A stretch of DNA of 62,799 bases, filler included, from Desulfonatronovibrionaceae bacterium (GCA_046539845.1; 4 parts of 4 records of this genome joined end to end with filler, not necessarily neighbours in it), one strand, 5' to 3'; numbered from the whole stretch's first letter, positions 38,610-48,879 are shown. Translations and numbers: made by a program. Notes: a model not told the origin generated them from the sequence alone.

Positions 38610-39920
38610 ATGGCGGACAATAAAACCCTGTTTGAAAGAAGGCAAAAAAGCGTTCCCAGGGGGCCTTTCAACGTGATCCCCGCCTTTGCCCAAAAAGCGG
38701 AAGGAGCCAGAATAACTGATGTGCAAGGGAACGAATACATAGATTTCGCCGGGGGAATCGGGGTAAACAACGTAGGTCACGCCCACCCCAAAATAGTACA
38801 GGCCATACAGGACCAGGCGGGAAAATTCACCCACACCTGTTTTCACATCTTCATGTATGAGTCCTACGTGGAGCTGGCCGAGCGCCTGAACGAACTCGCG
38901 CCCGGGGACTTTGACAAAATGAGTTTTTTTCTCAGCTCCGGAGCGGAGGCGGTGGAAAACGCGGTCAAGATCGCCCGGTACAACTCGGAGAGAAGCGGAA
39001 TTATTTGCTTTCAAAACGGCTTTCACGGCCGCACCCTTTTGACCATGTCCATGACCAGCAAGATAAAGCCGTACAAATTCGGATTCGGCCCCTTTGCCCC
39101 GGAAGTGTACCGCATGCCTTTCGCCTATTGCTACCGTTGCCCGTTCGGGCTCAATTACCCCTCCTGCGACGTGGCCTGCGCCGATTACCTGGAGGAATTT
39201 TTTATCTCCTACGCCGCCCCGGAGCACACCGCAGCCATTGTCGCCGAGCCGGTACAGGGCGAGGGCGGATTCATAACCCCGCCCCCGGAATATTTCCCCC
39301 GGCTGAAAAAAATCGCGGACAAATACGGCATAAAACTCATAATCGACGAGGTACAATCCGGATTCGGCCGGACCGGAAAGCTCTTTGCCATTGACCACTG
39401 GGACGTGGCCCCGGATCTGATTACCACGGCCAAATCCCTGGCCGCCGGGCTTCCCCTGGCCGCGGTAACCGGACGGGCCGAACTCCTGAACACTCCGCAT
39501 GTCGGCGGCCTGGGCGGAACCTACGGCGGAAACCCGGTCGCCTGCCGGGCCGCTCTTGCGGTTCTGGATATCCTGCAAAACGACGGACTCCTGAAGCGGG
39601 GACAGGAGCTGGGAGAAAAACTGGGCAAAAGACTGCTTAAGCTCCAGGATGAATTCGAGATAATCGGCGAGGTCCGGGGCAAGGGTGCCATGCTGGGCAT
39701 GGAGCTGGTCAGGGACCGGGAAAAGAAGACCCCGGCCACCGAGGAGACCAAAAAACTCATCTCCTGGTGTCATGAAAACGGTCTTATCCTTCTGGCCTGC
39801 GGCAATTTCGGCAATGTCCTGCGCACCCTGATGCCGCTTACGATCTCGGACGAGGACCTGGAGCGCGGCCTGAACATCCTGCGCGACGGGCTTTTGCATA
39901 TAACCCAAAACAGCGCATAA
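38610..39920 (+). CDS. gabT: 4-aminobutyrate (omega-amino acid) aminotransferase, class III
   Basis: IDFAGGIGVNNVGH, SGAEAVENAVK, FHGRT, EPVQGEGG, DEVQSGFGRTG, TAKSLAAG, GGTYGGNP. Confidence 0.92.
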   Translation: MADNKTLFERRQKSVPRGPFNVIPAFAQKAEGARITDVQGNEYIDFAGGIGVNNVGHAHPKIVQAIQDQAGKFTHTCFHIFMYESYVELAERLNELAPGDFDKMSFFLSSGAEAVENAVKIARYNSERSGIICFQNGFHGRTLLTMSMTSKIKPYKFGFGPFAPEVYRMPFAYCYRCPFGLNYPSCDVACADYLEEFFISYAAPEHTAAIVAEPVQGEGGFITPPPEYFPRLKKIADKYGIKLIIDEVQSGFGRTGKLFAIDHWDVAPDLITTAKSLAAGLPLAAVTGRAELLNTPHVGGLGGTYGGNPVACRAALAVLDILQNDGLLKRGQELGEKLGKRLLKLQDEFEIIGEVRGKGAMLGMELVRDREKKTPATEETKKLISWCHENGLILLACGNFGNVLRTLMPLTISDEDLERGLNILRDGLLHITQNSA

Positions 39921-39929
39921 GGAGCTGGC

Positions 39930-41672
39930 ATGCACGGATTCTACGCCCGGGCCCTTAAGATAGACACCACGGCCCGCAGTTTCGAGGTTATCTCCCTGTC
40001 CGAGGAACTGCTCCTTCAGACCTTGGGGGGCAAGGGCCTGGGCACCGGCCTGCTTTTGCAGGAAAATCCGGCCGGGGCCGATCCCCTGGGCCCGGAAAAC
40101 CGGCTGATAATCGCCACCGGTCCGGCCTGCAACTCCCAGGTCTGGGGAGGATCGCGCTATGGGGTGTACACCAAGTCCCCCCTGACCGGTTTGTACGCGG
40201 AATCCTATGCCGGGGGCAAAACCCCGGAGGCCATAGACAGCACCGGTTTTGACGCGATCATAATAACCGGCCGGGCGGATTCCCTGCTGAGCATTGCCGT
40301 TCACCCCAACGGATGCGAATTTCATGCCTCGGATGACCTGCGGGGTCTTACCGCCCGGGAAACCGAGGACCGGGCGCTTAAAAAATGTCTCCCCGGGGAA
40401 AAAGGGGACAAATCCGGGGCCATGGTCATCGGGCCGGCCGGGGAGAATCAGGTCGCCTGCGCGGTCATAAAAAACGATCACTGGCGAAGCGCCGGGCGTT
40501 GCGGAATGGGAGCGGTCATGGGCGCCAAGAACATAAAGGCGCTTGTCTTCTCCGGGAACCGCAAGCGGGAACCTTACGACCCCAAGGGCCTTTCCACCTT
40601 TTTCCGGGAATTCGGCACGGAAGGCAAGGAGCACCCCGGGACCAAGGCCTACAAGGGCTTTGGAACGACCATGATGGTGGCCATGCTGAATACGGCCGGG
40701 GCCTTTCCCGCCCGGTACTGGAGCCAGGGCACTTGCGAGCACTGGGAGAACTTGAGCGGAGAGACCTATCACGCCCGGCAGAAGGTTCGGGCCCGGGCCT
40801 GCCCCAAATGTTTCATGGCCTGCACCCGGGAGGCGGAAATCATGCACGGCCGGCACAAGGGCCTCAAGCTGGAAGGACCGGAATACGAGACCATTTTCGC
40901 TTTCGGCGGACTGTGCATGATCGAGGACATGGAGGAAGTGGCGTTTTTAAACGTCCTTTGCGACCAGCTGGGAGTGGACACCATCACCGCCGGAAATCTT
41001 TGCGCCCTGGCAATCGAGGCCGGTCTCCAGGGCCGGGCGGAGACCGGGGTTGATTACAACGACCCGGATGGATGCGCCTCGCTCATAAAAGATATGGCCG
41101 CAAGAAAAGGTATCGGGGCGCTTTTGGCCCGAGGCATCCGGGAGACCGCCCGGGCCTGGGGCATGGAGGACCAAGCCGTGCACGTCAAGGGCCTGGAGCC
41201 GCCCGGATACGACCCCCGGGTCTTAAAGGGCATGGGGCTCACCTATGCCACCACCGCCCGCGGGGCCTGTCATCTACGGACCACTTTCTACAAGCCGGAG
41301 CTCTCGGGTATGATCCCTCCGGAACAAATCGAGGGTAAGGCAGAGATGCTGATAGATTTCGAAAACCGCCTGGCCCTTTTCGACGCCCTTATCCTCTGCC
41401 GCTTTTACCGGGACATGTACAACTGGGATGTCCTGGAAGAACTCATTTTCCTTTTAACCGGCATCAAGGCAGACAAGGAAAAATTGCAGGGGATGGGTGC
41501 GCACATCGTGGACATGACCCGGCGCTTCAACCTGCGCGAAGGCATGGACCCCTCCGAGGACCGTTTGCCGGCCAGACTCACATCTAAGGCCTTGCCCTCG
41601 GGACACAGAGTTACCAAGCAGGAGATGAACCGGATGATAACCGACTACTACGTCCTGCGGGGATGGGTGTAA
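39930..41672 (+). CDS. Aldehyde:ferredoxin oxidoreductase family (tungstopterin) protein
   Basis: LGGKGLG, KSPLTG, AGRCGMGAVMG, CPKCFMAC, EGPEYET, DQLGVDTI, GACHLR. Confidence 0.93.
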   Translation: MHGFYARALKIDTTARSFEVISLSEELLLQTLGGKGLGTGLLLQENPAGADPLGPENRLIIATGPACNSQVWGGSRYGVYTKSPLTGLYAESYAGGKTPEAIDSTGFDAIIITGRADSLLSIAVHPNGCEFHASDDLRGLTARETEDRALKKCLPGEKGDKSGAMVIGPAGENQVACAVIKNDHWRSAGRCGMGAVMGAKNIKALVFSGNRKREPYDPKGLSTFFREFGTEGKEHPGTKAYKGFGTTMMVAMLNTAGAFPARYWSQGTCEHWENLSGETYHARQKVRARACPKCFMACTREAEIMHGRHKGLKLEGPEYETIFAFGGLCMIEDMEEVAFLNVLCDQLGVDTITAGNLCALAIEAGLQGRAETGVDYNDPDGCASLIKDMAARKGIGALLARGIRETARAWGMEDQAVHVKGLEPPGYDPRVLKGMGLTYATTARGACHLRTTFYKPELSGMIPPEQIEGKAEMLIDFENRLALFDALILCRFYRDMYNWDVLEELIFLLTGIKADKEKLQGMGAHIVDMTRRFNLREGMDPSEDRLPARLTSKALPSGHRVTKQEMNRMITDYYVLRGWV

Positions 41673-41723
41673 AAGCACGATACGGTACACCCAGACGATT
41701 CAGGTCAAAAATCCTTCTCCGGC

Positions 41724-42656
41724 TCACGGAACGTGACATCTTACTCTCTGCCCCTCGTCCACCTCCCGCATTTCCGGAACCGCTTCTGTGCATTGCGGAA
41801 GAGCCCGGGAACAATGCGGACGAAAAGGGCATCCCCTACCGGGCTCCGGCTGATTTGGCGAACCACTCAGACTGTCCGGATATTTTGCCCTTCTTTCTCC
41901 GGGTACTGCTGCAAACAGCTTGTTGGTATATGGATGCAGCGGCTGATCGAGCAGCAACTTTGCCGGACCCTGTTCTACAAAGAGCCCTTTGTACATTACT
42001 GCCATTTCGTCGGCCAAAAGCCGAACCAGTCTTATGTCGTGAGAAATAAGCAATATTCCCATGCCCGTTTCCTGTTTCCGTTTGAGCAGGGTGGACAAAA
42101 GCGAAGCCTGGATGGACCGATCCAGGGAAGCCGCAGGCTCGTCAGCCACAAGGATCTTTGGGTCCAGAGCCAGGGCCCGAGCCAAAGCCACTCGCTGGCG
42201 CTGCCCACCGGAAAGCTGGTGCGGCCTTCTGTCCAGGAGTTCTGAGTTGAGCATGGCCTGGTCCAGACACCACTTTAGAACCGACTGGGTATTTATGCTT
42301 TGTTTCTGGATACGCAAGGGCTCCAAAAGCAAATCCCTTACCTTAAACATGGGATTCAAACAGCCGTTGGAATCCTGGAAAATCATCTGTGTCAAACGGG
42401 GAAGATGCCTGCGCCGATCCAAATCCCGGACATCCCTTCCCTCAAGATTCACCCGGCCCGAGGTGGGAAAAACCGCACCGATGCAGATGCGTCCCAGGGT
42501 AGTCTTGCCCGACCCGGATTCTCCAACCACCCCCAGGCACTTCCCCGGAAATATCTCGAAGTCCACACCGCGCAAAGCATCAAATGTCCTTCTACGCCAC
42601 AGTCCGAGACTAAATTTTTTTTTCAGGTCTTCTGCCTGCAGGAGAGCGTGACTCAT
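41724..42656 (-). CDS. Nickel/oligopeptide ABC transporter ATP-binding protein (NikE/OppF-like)
   Basis: GESGSGKTT, LSGGQRQR, ADEP, HPYT, CPFRPHC. ATG at 42656 overlaps the upstream TGA. Confidence 0.9.
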   Translation of the reverse strand: MSHALLQAEDLKKKFSLGLWRRRTFDALRGVDFEIFPGKCLGVVGESGSGKTTLGRICIGAVFPTSGRVNLEGRDVRDLDRRRHLPRLTQMIFQDSNGCLNPMFKVRDLLLEPLRIQKQSINTQSVLKWCLDQAMLNSELLDRRPHQLSGGQRQRVALARALALDPKILVADEPAASLDRSIQASLLSTLLKRKQETGMGILLISHDIRLVRLLADEMAVMYKGLFVEQGPAKLLLDQPLHPYTNKLFAAVPGERRAKYPDSLSGSPNQPEPGRGCPFRPHCSRALPQCTEAVPEMREVDEGQRVRCHVP

Positions 42657-43615
42657 AAATGACACCTGCGGCCGTTTATCCAGGGTGGCGGGTTTGACCG
42701 ACAAACGGAGACAGCTCGGGGACAGCGGGGATGAAAGGCACATCCGGTGGGGATGTTAGAGAGTGGTGGCGCCGCACCCGGAATGGCTTTGGGGATGTTT
42801 GTGGAAAAGCAGTTGAGCATACCCTGCGAATAAGGGTGCCCCGGAACGCTCATAACCTCGTCAATATCCCCGCACTCCATAATCTGTCCCGCATACATGA
42901 TCGCGATTTTCGAACATAATTCCCTGGCCACATCCAGGTCGTGGGTAATCAACAGCAACGAGGCCTCGAGCTCCCGTTTTACTGACTGAAGTAGCTCTAT
43001 CAGCTGGATCTGGATGCAGGGATCAAGCGCGGTGGTCGGCTCATCCGCGATCAACAGTCTCGGTCTCGAGGCCAGGGCCATAGCGATCATCACTCTCTGA
43101 TTCATGCCCCCGGACAATTGATGCGGATAATGTCGATATCTCTGCACAGGATCATTTATCCCGGTCCGGGCCAACAGATCCAGAGCCGCACTCTTGGCCT
43201 GTCTCCTGGAAAGGTCCATAGAAACCCTGGCCGCCTCAGCCACCTGAGAGCCGATTTTCATAACCGGATTGAGGCACATGGAGGGCTGCTCCTGAATCAG
43301 AGAGATCCGGCGGGACCGCAGCCTGCACAGCTCTTCTTTACCCAGACTAAATATATCTTTCCCCAGAACGCGGACCGATCCGGAGACACATGCGCTCTCC
43401 GGCAGAAGCCTGGCTACTGCCAGAGAAAGTACACTTTTCCCACAGCCGGACTCCCCGGCCAGACAAAGCGCTTCGCCACGTCCAAGACCCAAATAAACAT
43501 CCTTTGCCGCCCGCACTTTTCCGGCCGGGGAGGGGAAAGAGATACTCAAGGCGGAAATTTCTAAATCACTTGCATATCCCTTTAAATCGCTATCTTTGAC
43601 CGAGCAATTCTTCAT
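42653..43615 (-). CDS. Nickel/oligopeptide ABC transporter ATP-binding protein (NikD/OppD-like)
   Basis: GESGCGKS, YPHQLSGGMNQR, ADEPTTALD, GCAFHPRC. Confidence 0.92.
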   Translation of the reverse strand: MKNCSVKDSDLKGYASDLEISALSISFPSPAGKVRAAKDVYLGLGRGEALCLAGESGCGKSVLSLAVARLLPESACVSGSVRVLGKDIFSLGKEELCRLRSRRISLIQEQPSMCLNPVMKIGSQVAEAARVSMDLSRRQAKSAALDLLARTGINDPVQRYRHYPHQLSGGMNQRVMIAMALASRPRLLIADEPTTALDPCIQIQLIELLQSVKRELEASLLLITHDLDVARELCSKIAIMYAGQIMECGDIDEVMSVPGHPYSQGMLNCFSTNIPKAIPGAAPPLSNIPTGCAFHPRCPRAVSVCRSNPPPWINGRRCHL

Positions 43616-44435
43616 CCGCTACCTCGCTCAGAAACGGGTTTATTATCTTGTGCAGCCCCTCACCCAACAGGGTAAATCCCAGTACTGTCGCGGCAATTGC
43701 CAAGCCGGAGAAAAGGCTTATATGTGGGGCCATCCCCAAAACCGGCAACCCTCCAACCATGATTGCGCCCCATTCCGGGGTGGGCGGCTGCACTCCCAGA
43801 CCCAAAAAGCCCAGGCCGGCGATCGCCGCAACCTTGCCGCCGATGCCCAAGGTGGCGATTGTGGCAGTTTGCGGCCAGATCCAAGGCAAAAGACACGTCC
43901 GGGTCACATACCAATGCCCTGCACCCATGCAGCGCACCGCTTCCACTTGCGGCAGGGCCAGTTGGGAGCGGGACGTGCCACGCACCACTCGGGCATATTT
44001 CGGCCAGCCCGGCAGAGACAGGGCCAGGAGTATCCCCCATGGGCCGGGACCGGTCATGGAAATTATGACCAGGGCCAGGACCATGGCCGGAAGGGAAAAG
44101 AAGCAGTCCGTAAGGCGCATGAGCAGCATGTCCAGGCGCGGGAACAAAGCAGCCGGCAAGCCCACCGCAAAGCCGATCAGGACAGTAGCACATGTCGCGC
44201 CCAGGGCGATACCGATCGAGGGCCGGGCTCCGTATATGAGCCGACTAGCCAAACAACGTCCGAGCCTGTCCGTGCCCAGTGGATACTCCCGGTTAGGTCC
44301 GCTCAGACGCTCGCCCAGATTCTGGCCGGTGGGGTCGTGGGGAGCAATCAGGGGAGCAAATACTCCGCACAAGACAATACAAGACGAGAGGACAACACCG
44401 GCCAATATCCCCCTATATCCCGATGCCAGCCGCAT
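43590..44435 (-). CDS. Nickel/oligopeptide ABC transporter permease (NikC/OppC-like)
   Basis: LGTDRLGR, WPKYARVVRG, LGFLGLGVQPPTPEWG. Confidence 0.92.
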   Translation of the reverse strand: MRLASGYRGILAGVVLSSCIVLCGVFAPLIAPHDPTGQNLGERLSGPNREYPLGTDRLGRCLASRLIYGARPSIGIALGATCATVLIGFAVGLPAALFPRLDMLLMRLTDCFFSLPAMVLALVIISMTGPGPWGILLALSLPGWPKYARVVRGTSRSQLALPQVEAVRCMGAGHWYVTRTCLLPWIWPQTATIATLGIGGKVAAIAGLGFLGLGVQPPTPEWGAIMVGGLPVLGMAPHISLFSGLAIAATVLGFTLLGEGLHKIINPFLSEVADEELLGQR

Positions 44436-45383
44436 CTAGGCACCTTTCTCCGTATCTCTGACCCTAGGATCAAGCCCGGCGTGGACAATATCCACGACCA
44501 GATTAACCACCACATAAGTCATCCCTATAGCCAAAACGCATCCCTGAACCACGAACACATCCCTGGCCCGAACCGATTCCACCAGCAGTCGCCCCACTCC
44601 GGGCCACATGAATATCGTTTCCACTACCACCGCTCCTCCTAACATATGCCCTGTAAGCGCTCCCAAATAGTTCACCACCGGCGGAAGCGCGCCGCGCAGG
44701 ACGTGGCGCCCGAGCACTGCCGCCTCGCTCAGTCCCTTGGCTCGGGCGGTCAACACATAGTTTGAACCTAGTGCCTGGACCGCCGAGGTACGCATAAGGC
44801 GGATGGCTATGGCCGAATTGACCACAGTCAATGTCAGAGCTGGAAGGACCATGTGCGAAAACGAGCCGTAGCCGGCTACCGGCAGGATGCCCAGCCAGAG
44901 AGCAAAAAACAAGATGCCCAATACCGCCACAAAAAAGTCCGGCAGGGTAATGGCTAGCAGAGAAAGACCCAGAACGGACCTGTCCAAAATGGAACCCGGG
45001 CGTGCGGCCGAGGCGGTGCCCAGTACCAGGACCAAAAAGATGGTTAAAGACATTGCTGCTGCAGCAAGTTCTCCGGATGCGCTCAGGGCCCGGCCAACCT
45101 CCGTGATCACCGGCTTGCCGGTTTGTACAGATCGCCCCATGTCCCCGTGCAGAACCCTGGAAATCCACATTCCGTATTGCACCGCCAGAGGGCGGTCGTA
45201 ACCGAGTTCTCGACGCAGCTCCCGGACCGCTTCTTCCGGCGGGCTCTCGGTATCCATAAGCCCGGACAGGGCCAGCTCCGCCGGATCACCGGGACAAAAG
45301 GCCAGAGAGAAAAATGCTATCGCGCTCAAAGCGAAAAGGACCGGAACCAGAGCGCCCAGCCGGACGGCAAGAAAACGAAGCAT
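44436..45383 (-). CDS. Nickel/oligopeptide ABC transporter permease (NikB/OppB-like)
   Basis: PGDP, LGYDRPL..QY, TARAKGL, GGAVVVETIF.WPGVG, LDPR. Confidence 0.92.
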   Translation of the reverse strand: MLRFLAVRLGALVPVLFALSAIAFFSLAFCPGDPAELALSGLMDTESPPEEAVRELRRELGYDRPLAVQYGMWISRVLHGDMGRSVQTGKPVITEVGRALSASGELAAAAMSLTIFLVLVLGTASAARPGSILDRSVLGLSLLAITLPDFFVAVLGILFFALWLGILPVAGYGSFSHMVLPALTLTVVNSAIAIRLMRTSAVQALGSNYVLTARAKGLSEAAVLGRHVLRGALPPVVNYLGALTGHMLGGAVVVETIFMWPGVGRLLVESVRARDVFVVQGCVLAIGMTYVVVNLVVDIVHAGLDPRVRDTEKGA

Positions 45384-45393
45384 AAAAGATATC

Positions 45394-46965
45394 TTAGTTT
45401 TCGAGCAGCCGGACGTTTTCGAGATGGAAACAGTGCTCTATGGGATGCATGACATATCCGGCAACTTCGTCCCGCACTCCGTCCACATTCGTATAGTAAT
45501 TCAGATATGCCATGGGCGCATCCCGAAGAAGTACCTCTTGTACCCGGTCGTAGATGTCCTTGCGTTTTTGCCGGTCAAAAGTGGCCCGCCCTTGGTCCAG
45601 GAGCCTGTCTACTGTAGAATTTTGGTAATGATACGCTCCCCAGCCTGGTTTTACCGTATTTTCAGAGTAATAATCCAGAGTCAGGTTGTAATCCGGATCA
45701 GGAACAAAAAAGAGCCCACGCCCGAGGATAAACATCCCGAAGTCTCCGGAATCCCGAGCCTTCTTGCAGGCGTCAACCTGCAAAACCTCCAGTTCTGTAT
45801 CCATGCCCAGTTCCGCCAGCTGACTCTGGACAACCTCGGCAGTGGGCGGCAGAGCGGCCCGCTCCGGATAGGTTATTATCTTGAAGGACAGGATTTCACC
45901 GTTTTTTTCCCGCACTCCGTCGCCGTTTGTGTCTTTCCACCCGGCTTCTTCCAACAGGCGTCTGGCCTTATCCGGATCGTAAGTGTATCCTTCGAGTTCG
46001 GCATTGGCCCAGAATATTTCCGGAGGAAAAAGGGGCCCGGCTTTCCCGCCCACACCTTCCAATACATACTCCACCAGATCCGAACGATTCAGGGCATAAT
46101 TCACCGCCCGTCTAATCTTGGGATCGCTGAAAGGCTCTTTGGCCGAGTTGAAAGCGGCTATGCGGCAGCGCCCGATATTCTTTTGCTGTATATTTATATG
46201 ATCGTTTTTGGAAAGGATGCGGATACTCTCCGGAGGGAGTGTCTGGGCGATATGCAGCTCCCCGGCCTCGAGCATGCTCCGCCTCGTTATGGCATCAGGA
46301 ACCCCCTTATACACCACTTTATCCACATGGGCCTTGTCCTCTCCCCAATAATCGGGATTGGCGCGTAAGGTCATCCTCTGTCGGGCCTCCCAGGATTCGA
46401 ACTCAAACGGACCGGTTCCCACCGGCCGGATCACTTCCCCCTGATCGTTGAAAGAGGAAGGGGCTAGAGCTCCGGCTTCCCCCTTGGCCAAGTAAGCGGG
46501 AAGAGGAGCAAAGGGTTTTTCAGTCTGAATAATCACCTTATCCTTGCCACTGCCTTCAATGCTTTTAATGGGTACGGAGTCCAGGAGACTGCCTTCCTGC
46601 TGCAGCCGCCTCAGGTTGTCGGCCATAATTTCCGCATCCAGCCGCGTCCCGTCATGGAAATGGACATCTTTGCGTAAAATAAATGTCCAGGTTAGCCCGT
46701 CCGAAGATACTTCCCAAGACTCGGCCAAAAGGGGAGTAAGTTCCAGATCGTTGTTCACCCCTACCATGGCTTCCACCACCCCCAGACGCTGAAAAGCATA
46801 TCCCGACTTTTGCACATCCAATGTTTTGGGCCCCCACGGGGAGCCGACCTTGAGCACTGCCTGATGGGCAAAACAAGGTACGCTAAAAACCAACGCGATA
46901 AATACCGCAGCCAAAAGCCTTCCGCCCGCAACACCTGCCTGCCGACACTGGTTCTCCCCAATCAT
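45394..46965 (-). CDS. ABC transporter substrate-binding protein, family 5 (NikA/CntA/DppA-like)
   Basis: Signal peptide, PLLAESW, LRKDVHFHDG, VGTGPF, YDPDKARRLLEEAGW. Confidence 0.9.
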   Translation of the reverse strand: MIGENQCRQAGVAGGRLLAAVFIALVFSVPCFAHQAVLKVGSPWGPKTLDVQKSGYAFQRLGVVEAMVGVNNDLELTPLLAESWEVSSDGLTWTFILRKDVHFHDGTRLDAEIMADNLRRLQQEGSLLDSVPIKSIEGSGKDKVIIQTEKPFAPLPAYLAKGEAGALAPSSFNDQGEVIRPVGTGPFEFESWEARQRMTLRANPDYWGEDKAHVDKVVYKGVPDAITRRSMLEAGELHIAQTLPPESIRILSKNDHINIQQKNIGRCRIAAFNSAKEPFSDPKIRRAVNYALNRSDLVEYVLEGVGGKAGPLFPPEIFWANAELEGYTYDPDKARRLLEEAGWKDTNGDGVREKNGEILSFKIITYPERAALPPTAEVVQSQLAELGMDTELEVLQVDACKKARDSGDFGMFILGRGLFFVPDPDYNLTLDYYSENTVKPGWGAYHYQNSTVDRLLDQGRATFDRQKRKDIYDRVQEVLLRDAPMAYLNYYTNVDGVRDEVAGYVMHPIEHCFHLENVRLLEN

Positions 46966-47084
46966 GTGTTATCCTCCATTAATGTGCATTTTGTCATTGC
47001 CATTTTTCATTTTTTATAATAAAAGTCAAACACGAATTCATTTTAAATAACATCAAAAACAACTAAGACATGAAAGAGTAACAA

Positions 47085-47903
47085 ATGTACACTGCGAACT
47101 CGGAATGGCTGACTCGCTGGCAAAAAGAAGCCGGCGGCATGGACGAGGTAAGCTCCGTTGATTACTGGAACAGGAGGGCGGACGATTATGATGACTTCAT
47201 CCGCACTTCGCGGTTTTCTTACGGAAGACAGATAGTCCGGCTACTCAAAAAAGAACAGGTTTTGGATAAATATGACAAGGTACTGGAAATAGCCGGAGGA
47301 GTTGGGGCGCTCACTTTGCCCCTGTGCAAGGCAGCAAAACATGTAACCAGTCTGGAGCCGGCTGCAAAAATGGCTGAATGCCTTGATAACAATCTGAAAA
47401 CAGACAATATCCGCAACTGTGAAGTCCTGCAGATGACCGGCCAGGAATACATGGGCTCAGCCCCGGCCCAGCGGTTTGACCTTGGGATCATATGCCATGC
47501 CTCATGGCAGTTCCCGGACCTCCAGGACCTGGTGGATTATTTCAGTAAGACCTGCACCCGAGCCTGCATAGCGGATACTGCCCCGGAGACGGACTCTGGA
47601 CACAGCCGGCTTTTGGAGTCTTTGGGAGTAAAGCACGCCGGGTTCGACCGAGTGTATGTCCTCTATAATGCCCTCTGGTCCCTAGGGACAAAGGCCAACA
47701 TATCTTTTTTCAACTATACCATGCGCCGTTCCCGTCAATCAGCAATAAGTATGTTCAAAAATGTGACCGAAAAATATAAACAGGTAACTGATACGGACAT
47801 GCAGAAAATAAACAAGTATGTGGATGCAAACTGCACAGAAGGAATCTATCAGGAACCGGCCTGCATGGCGGTTATATGGTGGAAAACAGGGAGGAGACCA
47901 TGA
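47085..47903 (+). CDS. Class I SAM-dependent methyltransferase
   Basis: YWNRRA, VLEIAGGVGALT (motif I), LEPAAKM, C-terminal AVIWW. Confidence 0.82.
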   Translation: MYTANSEWLTRWQKEAGGMDEVSSVDYWNRRADDYDDFIRTSRFSYGRQIVRLLKKEQVLDKYDKVLEIAGGVGALTLPLCKAAKHVTSLEPAAKMAECLDNNLKTDNIRNCEVLQMTGQEYMGSAPAQRFDLGIICHASWQFPDLQDLVDYFSKTCTRACIADTAPETDSGHSRLLESLGVKHAGFDRVYVLYNALWSLGTKANISFFNYTMRRSRQSAISMFKNVTEKYKQVTDTDMQKINKYVDANCTEGIYQEPACMAVIWWKTGRRP

Positions 47904-48736
47904 GGATTCAGCGAGAATGGGAAAAAGAGCATGACAAACGCTCAAGTTCTTATGTCGGAGAGGCAGACCTGAATTACTGGGAAGCCAGGGCAAAAGATTT
48001 TTCTCAGATGCGGGCCTCCCGGAACTGGGAATTCGGCCAGCGTATCCTGGAAACTTTGGAAAATGAGCTACCGTCCGAAAGTACAGTCCTGGATGTAGGC
48101 GCTGGTCCCGGGAGCCTACTTATTCCCTTCTCTGCAAGCAGCAGAATCCGGAATGTTACCGCCGTTGAACCAGCGGCGAGCATGATCTCGGAGCTTAAAA
48201 AAAACGCAGCTCAATCCGGGGTATTTAATTACCAAATCCTTGCCTGCCCATGGGAAAAAGTGAATACTGATGCACTCGAATCTCGCTTTGATTTGGTGAT
48301 CATTTCCATAACCCTGTGGATTTTCAGGGACATGAAGAAACAAATCAGAAGGCTGGAAAAGTGCTCCCGTAGCTTCTGTTGCGTGGTGGCCAGCATAGAC
48401 GACGACCTTGACAAGAGCGGGGACTCTCTGTGGGAAAAGATACTGGGGGATACTCCCCGGCCAAGTTATTCCGAGTTCCCCTTTATTTTTAACCTGCTAT
48501 ACAATATGGGGAGGCGCCCGGAAGTACGCTTTATCGACCATCAGGCCGAGCGCTCCATAGCTACCCGGATACATCAGCAAAAGCTGTTCTATGCGAAGTA
48601 CACACAAATTACCCCCGATATAGAACACATAATAGAGAAACACATCCGAAATCGCTCCCGCAACGGAGTGGTCCTGGAAGATTACACCTCCGCAGCAATT
48701 TGGTGGAAAAGGCCGGACCCCATGAGGTCGGGGTAA
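47900..48736 (+). CDS. Class I SAM-dependent methyltransferase (paralog of upstream gene)
   Basis: YWEARA, VLDVGAGPGSL, VEPAASM, FDLVI, C-terminal AAIWW. ATGA overlap at 47900-47903. Confidence 0.85.
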   Translation: MRIQREWEKEHDKRSSSYVGEADLNYWEARAKDFSQMRASRNWEFGQRILETLENELPSESTVLDVGAGPGSLLIPFSASSRIRNVTAVEPAASMISELKKNAAQSGVFNYQILACPWEKVNTDALESRFDLVIISITLWIFRDMKKQIRRLEKCSRSFCCVVASIDDDLDKSGDSLWEKILGDTPRPSYSEFPFIFNLLYNMGRRPEVRFIDHQAERSIATRIHQQKLFYAKYTQITPDIEHIIEKHIRNRSRNGVVLEDYTSAAIWWKRPDPMRSG

Positions 48737-48879
48737 AAATGCGCCCGCAAAAAGAAGCTGCGTACGCGCCAAAAACCTACAATTTGTAGATAAAACTCAC
48801 TTTTGCCCTCTCTCACATCCAAAACATCCTGGGACTTTGTTTCATCCGCCGGGTGGCTGCGTTTCTCACCCAGGAAAAA

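Noticed and set aside
38508..40856. 782-aa minus-strand ORF and other long antisense ORFs (e.g. 4198..5058, 23326..24405, 31446..32468, 43596..44642)
   Set aside because: They lie opposite well-supported genes, have no recognisable motifs, and are expected from GC-rich codon bias.
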